64,000 nucleotides of DNA from Kiritimatiellia bacterium. Lineage in GTDB: Bacteria; Verrucomicrobiota; Kiritimatiellia; RFP12; UBA1067. Position 1 is the stretch's first letter. Each line of letters starts with the position of its first letter. Below, piece by piece: positions 9,172 to 16,803 of this stretch. Both the position numbers and the translations under genes were made by a program. The notes beneath the pieces were generated by a model that was not told the DNA's origin, ran no database searches, and saw only the letters and a list, made by a program, of their open reading frames with translations. The stretch lies in the NCBI GenBank assembly GCA_046482825.1, contig JAWOEI010000079.1:146-64145 (forward strand), in the 5' to 3' direction.

Positions 9172-9537
9172 GGGTTTTGTTTCACTTTTAACCCCCTCGA
9201 CACTGCGCACATAATTATCAAGCTGAAATTTTTAAAGATAAATTAATCAGATCATAAAAATTTTTATCAGGGGGGCAGGAATGAAGTTCAACGTTTGTCG
9301 CATGCTGTCTTTCACTGCTCGTGTTTTCTTGTCTTTCGTGCTATTTACTGATATAATTATTTTTTAAGATTATATCAGGACAAGTGGATTGCGGACAGAG
9401 CTCGCGTTAGTCGCTATAGAATCAATTTCTGCGGAACAAAACTGCAGGCCCGGTGTGCCGGGTGAGGTCATTCGCCGGGCCTGAAATTATCGGTTACGGC
9501 TACGCCGGGTTGGTTTAATCAGTGTCTCGGTGTCTCT

Positions 9538-10593
9538 GTGTTAAAGAATCCGGATTCAGTTTTGAATAAAAATATTACAGTTGAATCGCCTGACAAAAGG
9601 ATCAGGGCCGAGATCTCTCTTGTGGAGTTCTGGTGTGATAACACCGTGTATCCATCCGCTGCTGTACTGAGAATTACCTTTCGGGGTTATCCTGTTGTAC
9701 AGACTGAAGCTCTGCGTTTAAATGAAGAGTCTGCGCTGTATGGGCTCGAATTTGTCGGTGCTGAAGAGAGTCACAGTGAGATGCGGCTGGGTGCCGCTTT
9801 TCAGAAAGTTATACATCTGCGTGAACGCGGGAGATCAGGGCGCGATTTCTCCGTCACTCTGCGGCTCTCCGATGTAAGCCTTTTTTTTGATATCAACGAA
9901 ATTGGATCTGAGCGGAAAAACCACACACTCCTGCCTTGTTTTGCTGATGATGCACCACTGATTTCTAAGCCCCGTGAGTTGCCTGTTGTTGCTTATATAG
10001 GACCGGGATCCTTAGCGGCTGTTTGGCCGCAAGAGGGAACTATCCATTTAGTAATATCAGGCCGACCGGGCCGACTGGCCGAAATGCACTTCGCCCTGCT
10101 GGATTCCATGCCGTTTTCAAGAGTCAAGACCGGTTCGGACGGTTGCCTGGCAATCTATACACAGCTGCCTTTTGTGAAAAATACGTCCCGCAAAGTGGAA
10201 TACAGCGATGAGATCCGCCTTTCGTATCAAAGAGCTTTTGACTGCCTGCTGGAGCATTATTCTGAAAATGATGAAGATTTCTGGGTGATGCGTGGCGACC
10301 CCGGCGTTTTCGCTGTTGTGGCCAGGCAGGTTAACTCAAAATGGATTGTCTGTGGTCTGACCGATGCGCCCCGGACTTTGACAATCCGTTTTGAAGAGTT
10401 ATGGTTGCGCCTGCCTCCGGAAATGCGCTTGTTGAAGTGGCATGCGAATATCGTGCGCGATCCGGTTCTGGATGAGGCGGATGAGTTGGTGGAGGAGAGT
10501 TTTACCGATCTCGCTCCTGATGTGCGCATTGCATTGGATCTGAAAAGGAACGGCGGATTTGTGATCGAATTTGAGCCAATGAAGGACATGTGA
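9538..10593 (+). CDS. hypothetical protein; possible glycoside-hydrolase (GH97-like) N- and C-terminal beta-sandwich domains without a catalytic barrel
   Basis: 351-aa ORF with a GTG start, no SD and no signal peptide. The C-terminal pattern GDPGVFAVVARQVNSKWIVCGLTD...RNGGFVIEFEP recalls the GH97 C-terminal domain (from memory only). The start codon is uncertain. Confidence 0.4.
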   Translation: MLKNPDSVLNKNITVESPDKRIRAEISLVEFWCDNTVYPSAAVLRITFRGYPVVQTEALRLNEESALYGLEFVGAEESHSEMRLGAAFQKVIHLRERGRSGRDFSVTLRLSDVSLFFDINEIGSERKNHTLLPCFADDAPLISKPRELPVVAYIGPGSLAAVWPQEGTIHLVISGRPGRLAEMHFALLDSMPFSRVKTGSDGCLAIYTQLPFVKNTSRKVEYSDEIRLSYQRAFDCLLEHYSENDEDFWVMRGDPGVFAVVARQVNSKWIVCGLTDAPRTLTIRFEELWLRLPPEMRLLKWHANIVRDPVLDEADELVEESFTDLAPDVRIALDLKRNGGFVIEFEPMKDM

Positions 10594-10682
10594 TGCCGGT
10601 TCACAAAGCTTGTTCAGTCTAGCCTCGCGTAGGCGGGGCGAAACCGGGTCCACTAAGTCCATCACTGAAAACAGTTTAAAAA

Positions 10683-11687
10683 ATGAAGTCACGTCATACA
10701 ATAGAGCCTGATCAAAAACAGGTGCCCACCACATTCCCGCAGTTGCTGAACTTCATTGTGCCGGAATCAGGTGTTAAAGGCCGCCTTGATGCCTGGCTGG
10801 CAAAGCAGTGTCCGGAGCTCTCCCGTGCCAGCATACAGCAGTTAATAAAGGAAGGCCTGGTTAACACAGAGGGGCGGTCGGTCAAGGCCAACTCCAAACC
10901 GAAGCCCGGAGATGTCTATAGGGTTGAAATACCTCCTCCTGCACCTGTGATACCGCAGCCGGAAAACATTCCGCTGGATGTTCTTTATGAGGACAGCGAC
11001 TGTATTGTGATTAATAAAACTGCTGGCTTGGTTGTACATCCTGCCGCCGGACATCCTGACGGCACGCTGGTCAATGCCCTGCTCTGGCATTGCAAGGATT
11101 TTGCCGGTGTCGGGGGAGTGGATAGGCCTGGCATTGTGCATCGTCTGGATAAGGATACCTCCGGTGTGATGGTCGCTGTTAAAAATAATGTCGCCATGGA
11201 TGGTTTTATCAGACTTTTTCAGACAGGGCAAATACGCAAGGAATACATGGCGCTTGTACATGGAACGCCTGAGCAAAAAAGCGGTATTGTCAGCAGTATG
11301 ATAGGACGTGATCCGAATAACAGAAAAAAAATGGCGGTTGTCAAAGTAAACGGCAAAAATGCTCTGACTCATTACAGAGCAGAACGGGATCTCGGTGAAG
11401 GTTTAACTCTGATGCACTGTGTTATTGAAACCGGACGCACCCATCAGATCAGGGTGCATATGAAAAGTATAGGTGTTCCGGTTATCGGTGATCCGCTGTA
11501 TGGTCGTTCGGCACTGGACAAAAAACTCAGCATCCGTCCCCGGCGGCAGATGCTGCATGCCTGGCGGCTTACTTTCACTCATCCGGTTAAAGGAAAAAAA
11601 CTTGCGGTAGAAGCCCCGCTGCCCGATGATTTCAAGGCATATCTGAAGCTCCTTTTAACCGGAACCGAACTTGGGTCATCAGATTAA
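10683..11687 (+). CDS. rluD: 23S rRNA pseudouridine synthase, RluA family (RluD-like, with S4 domain)
   Basis: 334 aa. N-terminal S4-like RLDAWL segment. Catalytic HRLDKDTSGVMV and GRTHQIRVH motifs are present. Confidence 0.88.
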   Translation: MKSRHTIEPDQKQVPTTFPQLLNFIVPESGVKGRLDAWLAKQCPELSRASIQQLIKEGLVNTEGRSVKANSKPKPGDVYRVEIPPPAPVIPQPENIPLDVLYEDSDCIVINKTAGLVVHPAAGHPDGTLVNALLWHCKDFAGVGGVDRPGIVHRLDKDTSGVMVAVKNNVAMDGFIRLFQTGQIRKEYMALVHGTPEQKSGIVSSMIGRDPNNRKKMAVVKVNGKNALTHYRAERDLGEGLTLMHCVIETGRTHQIRVHMKSIGVPVIGDPLYGRSALDKKLSIRPRRQMLHAWRLTFTHPVKGKKLAVEAPLPDDFKAYLKLLLTGTELGSSD

Positions 11688-11797
11688 CGCAGCCATAATC
11701 CTGAAGCGTTTATTTTTTGTTATCAAAGCCATCGACATGCAAATAAGCCTGAAATCCTGACAAGTTGCTCAATAACAGGTAGTTAAGTGGTTAAAAT

Positions 11798-12277
11798 TTA
11801 AAGTCTCTTGAAAAGCAGTATTGCCAGAGCGCTTATCACACATAGCAATACAACTATCAATGTTATCCAGATTTTATTACTGTTGGATTTCTTTGCGAAT
11901 TCTTTGGGCGGAGCTGCAGGTTTGTTTTTCTGGATGACAATAGTGCTTCTGGCAACGTTGAAAGGTTCGTCTTCGGATGTTTCAGGAACATCGTCTCCAT
12001 CCAGCATGACAGGTACATCACCCAGCATGATAACGTCATTGCGGAAAACTCTCTGTTCCTTTATATTCTCATTATTGACCTTGGTTCCGTTGGTAGAACC
12101 AAGATCGCGCAATATAAAGCCTGAGTCGTTTTTTTCTATTTCGCAATGGGTTCCTGATACCGAATCATCCGGGATAGACCAGTCGTTTGTATCACGACGT
12201 CCTATCCGTGTGAGGCCCTTCCCAAGTGCTGTCTTCTGGCCCTTGAGCGGACCGTCCATTACAATTAGACATGCCAT
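11798..12277 (-). CDS. FHA-domain protein with C-terminal transmembrane anchor
   Basis: FHA core GRRDTNDWSIPDDSVSGTHCEI...LGSTNGTKVNN. C-terminal helix IWITLIVVLLCVISALAILLF. I prefer the ATG at 12277 (MACLIV, SD AAGGTGA) over the listed TTG at 12307. Confidence 0.8.
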   Translation of the reverse strand: MACLIVMDGPLKGQKTALGKGLTRIGRRDTNDWSIPDDSVSGTHCEIEKNDSGFILRDLGSTNGTKVNNENIKEQRVFRNDVIMLGDVPVMLDGDDVPETSEDEPFNVARSTIVIQKNKPAAPPKEFAKKSNSNKIWITLIVVLLCVISALAILLFKRL

Positions 12278-12365
12278 GCTGAATTCACCTTTTCTAAACA
12301 GTTTCAAATAGGATAAACATTACGTTTTGATAAGTCAAATAATATGAGTCTTTACAGTGTTTTTT

Positions 12366-13289
12366 TTAAAGCGGGCCGGCATATCCCATCTGTTCAAGCA
12401 GACGGGAATTTTTGAACCAATTTTTTTCCACCTTTACCCACAGGCTGATCTTCACCTTTGTGTCAAAAATATAAGAGAGTTCCTTTTCCGCTTTTTTTCT
12501 GACTGTTTTCAATGTGCTTCCTTTCGGCCCTATGACAAAGCCTTTCTGAGAACTCCGGTTCACATAAACAACAGCTGAAATATCCCAGCAATTTGCGGAT
12601 TCAGCAATATGTTCTATAAATACACCGAGTTCATGAGGAACCTCATTATAAACTTTTCCCAGAAATTTTTCCCTGATGGTATCTGCAACGGCCAGCTTGC
12701 GCGGATAGTCGGTTATGATATCTTCTGGAAAAAGAAAATCTTCAGCAGGTGGCGCCAGATCCAGAAGACATTGCCGCAATGCCGAAACGCCCTTTTCCGT
12801 GACAGCACTGCTTTCAATCCAATCTGCTTTCACTGATGAATTATTTTCCGCCTGAATGTTGTTGTAAAGTTCGTGAAAGGGCTGCGTATTAAATCCGGAT
12901 CTGTCCTTTTTGTTGAGAACGAAAATCAGCTGCTGATCCGTTTTGAGGGCCCGTCGCATCCATCCGTCATCTTCCATAAGGGGTTTTTTAGAAGCGTCAA
13001 AAACAACCATCAGTATGTCAACTCCGGCTGATGCCGAGCGGGCCATGCGGTTCATCAGGGATCCTAGGTTTCCGACAGCTTTGTGCAGGCCGGGAGTGTC
13101 CAGAAAAACAAGCTGCGTGTTGTCTTGTGTTAATACTGCCCGTATTGTATTACGGGTTGTCTGTACAACAGGACTTACAATGCTTACTTTTTCACCCACT
13201 AAAGTGTTGAGCAGTGTGGATTTTCCGGAATTTGTGCGGCCCACAATACCGATGACCGCACATTTTTTTGGTTGTAATGCTTTTTCCAT
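12366..13289 (-). CDS. era: GTPase Era
   Basis: 307 aa. G1 GRTNSGKST, G3 DTPG, G4 NKKD, and a C-terminal KH domain with VIGPKGSTLK. Confidence 0.93.
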   Translation of the reverse strand: MEKALQPKKCAVIGIVGRTNSGKSTLLNTLVGEKVSIVSPVVQTTRNTIRAVLTQDNTQLVFLDTPGLHKAVGNLGSLMNRMARSASAGVDILMVVFDASKKPLMEDDGWMRRALKTDQQLIFVLNKKDRSGFNTQPFHELYNNIQAENNSSVKADWIESSAVTEKGVSALRQCLLDLAPPAEDFLFPEDIITDYPRKLAVADTIREKFLGKVYNEVPHELGVFIEHIAESANCWDISAVVYVNRSSQKGFVIGPKGSTLKTVRKKAEKELSYIFDTKVKISLWVKVEKNWFKNSRLLEQMGYAGPL

Positions 13290-13434
13290 CGTTATGCAAC
13301 AGTATATAGATATTCACACGTGGATGCAAGTTCATGGTCAGGGAATGCAATACTATCGGCAGAAATGCACAGAGAACTGTGTGTACAGCAGTATGAAAAC
13401 GGGTGCAAAGACGCTGCCGGCACACGCAATATTC

Positions 13435-14799
13435 TCATGGAACCACCCTGTACTCTGTGATGTCTCCTTCAAAATATGCGGTTTGTCCGGTTGCATCAAG
13501 CACTGCACGCCAGAGATCGCTGTCGAGGTTCACCTTCTGCCTCTCGATTGTAGCCAGCTTTATCGGTACAAGAAAATACCACTCACTGAGATTGCCTACA
13601 ACACAGTTTGTCCGTCCCGCCATTGCCGCGTGTACTGCGTTACGTGCCAGCAGATAACATCGGATCGCATCAGTTCCTTTGGCCGGAACACTGCGTATAG
13701 AATAACTGGGATCGAAATATTTAACTGATGTTTCAATGTGGATATCGTTGAAATGATCCGAGATCCGCTGTTTCAGATATTCACCTATATCTTTTTTCAA
13801 GATGTTGCCTGATTTATCTCTTTTCTGTATATCTGAGTCAACGTGGCGTTGTCCGGCGCCCTCAGCAATTACAATGACTGCATGGTCTTTGCCTGAACTG
13901 AAACGTCTTTCAAGAGCTTTCAGCAGACCCTTGCCGCCGTCAATTTCAAATGGCAGTTCAGGAATCAGGCAGAAATTCACGACAGGATTGGAAAGAGAGG
14001 CGTAAGCAGTGATAAAACCGGAGTCACGCCCCATGAGTTTAACCAGACCTATGCCGTTGTAGGTGCCTTTAGCTTCGGTGTGTGCTGCTTTGATTATAGG
14101 GACAGCTTCACCGACAGCAGTTTCAAATCCGAAACTGCGGCCGACAAACTGAAGATCGTTGTCTATTGTTTTAGGAACACCGACAACACTGATGGAGAGT
14201 TTACGCCGTTTGCATTCATCCGCAATGTCACCGGCGCAACGTAATGATCCGTCGCCGCCGATACAGAAAAGAAGGTTTATATTCATGCGTGCCAGAGTAT
14301 CAACAAGTTCGCCTGTGTCCTGTTGTCCGCGCGAAGAACCGAGCAGTGTTCCACCGCATTCGTGAATCGTATCAACATAGTCGGTATCCAACAGGACAGG
14401 TTCATAACCGTGGCGCGGTATTAGACCGGCATAACCATAGCGTATGCCGTATATGGTTTTGATTTTATAATCAAAAGAAAGGATTTCCACCAGTCCTTTG
14501 ATAACGTGGTTCAGCCCCGGACAGAGACCGCCAGCTGTTACTATAGCTACACGTGTCCAGGCCGGATCGTGAAAAATCTTTTTATGTGCACCGGCTTTTT
14601 CAAATGAAGGCCTGTTGTTGTTTCCCATTTTTTCAGCTATGGATGAAAGAACGGTTTCGTTTTCAGTTACAAGAATGCGTTCATTTCCTGAAATGAATTC
14701 ACGGCTGCGTATCGGTGAACTGATTTTGCATTCTCCCAGCGTTTCGACATCAGTTGTGTAGAATTCCGGATTACTGAATATTCTTTCCAATGTATTCAT
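13435..14799 (-). CDS. pfkA: 6-phosphofructokinase, long form; GGDGS suggests ATP dependence
   Basis: 454 aa. Motifs CIGGDGSLR, PKTIDND and LMGRDSG. The Gly in GGDGS (Asp in PPi-dependent enzymes) points to ATP as donor, but this rule is not absolute. Confidence 0.85.
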   Translation of the reverse strand: MNTLERIFSNPEFYTTDVETLGECKISSPIRSREFISGNERILVTENETVLSSIAEKMGNNNRPSFEKAGAHKKIFHDPAWTRVAIVTAGGLCPGLNHVIKGLVEILSFDYKIKTIYGIRYGYAGLIPRHGYEPVLLDTDYVDTIHECGGTLLGSSRGQQDTGELVDTLARMNINLLFCIGGDGSLRCAGDIADECKRRKLSISVVGVPKTIDNDLQFVGRSFGFETAVGEAVPIIKAAHTEAKGTYNGIGLVKLMGRDSGFITAYASLSNPVVNFCLIPELPFEIDGGKGLLKALERRFSSGKDHAVIVIAEGAGQRHVDSDIQKRDKSGNILKKDIGEYLKQRISDHFNDIHIETSVKYFDPSYSIRSVPAKGTDAIRCYLLARNAVHAAMAGRTNCVVGNLSEWYFLVPIKLATIERQKVNLDSDLWRAVLDATGQTAYFEGDITEYRVVP

Positions 14800-14923
14800 A
14801 ATATGCCTTTCTTTAAATAATCTTATAAATAATGATATGCCCGGTTACGGTACTTTTTTTCTGGTTATCTTGTTTTTTCTGCACGAACATAATGTTTGCT
14901 GTAATTTTTTTTAAAAAGGTCAA

Positions 14924-14952
14924 TTGACAGGGAAGTTAATTTTTGGTTTAAT
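14924..14952 (+). promoter_or_regulatory. sigma70-type promoter for tRNA-Lys
   Basis: TTGACA (14924-14929), a 17-nt spacer, then TTTAAT (14947-14952). An A/T-rich UP-like tract lies upstream and a GC-rich discriminator (CACCCCCG) downstream. It sits about 20 nt before the tRNA 5' end. Confidence 0.55.
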
Positions 14953-14972
14953 CACCCCCGTTTTTGCAATAC

Positions 14973-15048
14973 AGGACCTTAGCTCAGTTGGTAGAGCACG
15001 ACACTTTTAATGTTGGGGTCGAGGGTTCGAGACCCTCAGGTCCTACCA
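14973..15048 (+). tRNA. tRNA-Lys (anticodon UUU), CCA encoded
   Basis: Folded by hand. Acceptor AGGACCT/AGGTCCT, D-arm AGCTCAGTTGGTAGAGC, anticodon loop CTTTTAA (TTT), T-arm GAGGG-TTCGAGA-CCCTC, discriminator A plus CCA. 76 nt. Confidence 0.9.
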
Positions 15049-15071
15049 TCTTTATTGCAGAATGTTATTTT

Positions 15072-15109
15072 GAGCCGCTGATACATCATGTCAGCGGCTT
15101 ATTATTTTT
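15072..15109 (+). terminator. rho-independent terminator after tRNA-Lys, overlapping the 3' end of the convergent aroK-aroB CDS
   Basis: Perfect 9-bp stem AGCCGCTGA (15073-15081) / TCAGCGGCT (15091-15099) with a 9-nt loop, followed by TATTATTTTT. The 3' stem half contains the aroKB stop codon complement. Confidence 0.6.
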
Positions 15110-16701
15110 CTGAGGAGTTCATCCGCAACCACAATGCCTGTCTGCACTTTACCTATTTCAACAGGCAGTGCAAAACGAATTCGCCCTCCAGCTTTCTTTT
15201 TGTCCAGAGCAATCGCCTTAATCACCTGATCGGAATTAATATCGTCGGGGGGGCTGGTCGGCAAACCTGCAGCATCAAACAATTCGCGTATCTGTGAAGG
15301 CAGCTGCCTGTCTGCGAGCTGCATCTCCGCGGCAATTTCAGCTTCCATAACAATACCCACAGCAACTGCTTCCCCGTGCTGCATGCTGAAGCCGGTGGCC
15401 TTTTCTATTCCATGGCCTATGGTGTGTCCCAGATTCAGAGAAGCGCGTATTCCTTTTTCAAAGGGATCGGCAGTGACAATACTGATTTTCACCGCCATGG
15501 ATCCGGCAACAAATTCAGCGAGCCAGTCGGCTTGCTTGAGTGCGGTACATGGGGATGAGTCCTTCATGTTTCTGCAGAATCCGAATTTATGAAGTTTTTT
15601 CAAGATTCCGGGATCTCCTATAATTGCATGCTTTATAGTTTCGGCCAGTCCGCAGCGTATTTCACGGACCGGCAAAGTTGAAAGTGTATCGGTATCAGCA
15701 ATTACCAGTGCTGGCGGGTGGAATGTTCCGATCAGGTTTTTGCCCTCAGGTAAATCGGCTCCGGTTTTGCCTCCGATACCGGAATCACACATGGACAGAA
15801 GGGTTGTCGGCATGCTGACCCATCTTACTCCCCGCAGCCAGGTGGATGCGGCAAAGCCGGTAAGATCACCGGTTACTCCTCCACCCAGGGCGATAATGGT
15901 ATCATTTCGCTCAATCCCGGCCTCCATAAATTTTTTCCACAGGCAGATGACTGTTTCAACTGTTTTGTATTCTTCTCCGGCGCGTATTGTTGCATTGGAT
16001 GCGGTAATTCCCTCTTTTTCAAGTGATTCCGCCACTTTTTGTGCATAGAGAGGCGCAGTGTTGCTGTCGCTTACGATCACACAGTTCCGTCCGGGCTGCT
16101 GTTCTTTCAGGAGCATGCCGGCTGAATTTATGAGTCCACTTCCGCAAAACACAGGGTAGGATTTCCCCATTCCGCTCACGCGGAAACGTCCAAGTGCTTT
16201 CTGAGCATTCGAAGCCGTTTCTTCAGGATGTATATCAGAAACTCTGAGTCTTAATCTGAATGAGTTGTAATGTTCGGCCCTTTTTTCAAGAAGTTTCAGC
16301 AACGGACTGTTTGTAACAGGGGTGTTTTTATCCTCGTTTGCGAGAGGTCTCTGTCCGGGGGCTCTGCGTATTCGTCCGAGCAGCGTTTCTTTATCAGCTG
16401 TGAAACATAGTACACTTCCCGTTTTTTCCGCGTGCTTACGGTTCTTATCACGAAGGAGAGCCCCGCCTCCGAGGGCTATAACTTTTGATTCCCCTTCGGT
16501 TGTCTTTATTATTGCAGTTGTTTCCATATCACGGAAAAACTTTTCACCGTGACGTTCAAAAATTTCCGCAATTCTACAGCCCGCAGTATCTTCTATGACA
16601 TCATCGATATCGCGGAAAGTCATCTGCAGACGGTCGGCCAGAATTTTTCCAATGGTGGATTTGCCGCTGCCAGGCGGTCCGTATAAAAATATATGTGACA
16701 T
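15091..16701 (-). CDS. bifunctional shikimate kinase / 3-dehydroquinate synthase (AroK-AroB fusion)
   Basis: 536 aa. N-terminal about 170 aa has the P-loop GPPGSGKST and shikimate-kinase layout. The C-terminal part carries the DHQS motifs GGGVTGDLTGFAA, GHTIGHGIE and HGEAVA. Confidence 0.88.
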   Translation of the reverse strand: MSHIFLYGPPGSGKSTIGKILADRLQMTFRDIDDVIEDTAGCRIAEIFERHGEKFFRDMETTAIIKTTEGESKVIALGGGALLRDKNRKHAEKTGSVLCFTADKETLLGRIRRAPGQRPLANEDKNTPVTNSPLLKLLEKRAEHYNSFRLRLRVSDIHPEETASNAQKALGRFRVSGMGKSYPVFCGSGLINSAGMLLKEQQPGRNCVIVSDSNTAPLYAQKVAESLEKEGITASNATIRAGEEYKTVETVICLWKKFMEAGIERNDTIIALGGGVTGDLTGFAASTWLRGVRWVSMPTTLLSMCDSGIGGKTGADLPEGKNLIGTFHPPALVIADTDTLSTLPVREIRCGLAETIKHAIIGDPGILKKLHKFGFCRNMKDSSPCTALKQADWLAEFVAGSMAVKISIVTADPFEKGIRASLNLGHTIGHGIEKATGFSMQHGEAVAVGIVMEAEIAAEMQLADRQLPSQIRELFDAAGLPTSPPDDINSDQVIKAIALDKKKAGGRIRFALPVEIGKVQTGIVVADELLRKIISR

Positions 16702-16703
16702 TT

Positions 16704-16744
16704 TTAGGGGTTAGGGGTTAGGGGTTAGGGGTTAGGGGGGGGGG
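16704..16744. repeat. tandem heptamer array (TTAGGGG)x5 ending in a G10 run
   Basis: Read directly: five perfect copies at 16704-16738, with the last G-run extended to 16744. It lies in the aroC / aroK-aroB spacer, 2 nt from the aroKB start codon. Confidence 0.97.
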
Positions 16745-16803
16745 AGTCGCCATAAAATCAACTTTTGCTGTAAAAAACAAGAAATTGATTTTATAGGGCC
16801 TGA

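Noticed and set aside
8605-9210. A 201-aa minus-strand ORF at the 3' end of the VWA gene
   Set aside because: It is antisense to the conserved VWA and C-terminal region and has no SD or motifs.
12943-13728. A 261-aa plus-strand ORF spanning the era-pfk junction
   Set aside because: It runs antisense to two well-supported genes (Era G-motifs, PFK GGDGS/PKTIDND) and crosses their intergenic gap. It has no recognisable domain. It is a shadow ORF.
14973-15048. tRNA-Lys as an integration site for a genomic island or prophage
   Set aside because: There is no integrase, no direct repeat of the tRNA 3' end and no foreign-looking genes on either side. The neighbours are pfk and aroK-aroB.
16704-16744. 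The TTAGGGG array as a CRISPR array, a real telomere or eukaryotic contamination
   Set aside because: The unit is 7 bp with no spacers, so it is not CRISPR. Both flanks are contiguous bacterial shikimate-pathway genes on the same strand, so it is neither a chromosome end nor an obvious chimeric join.
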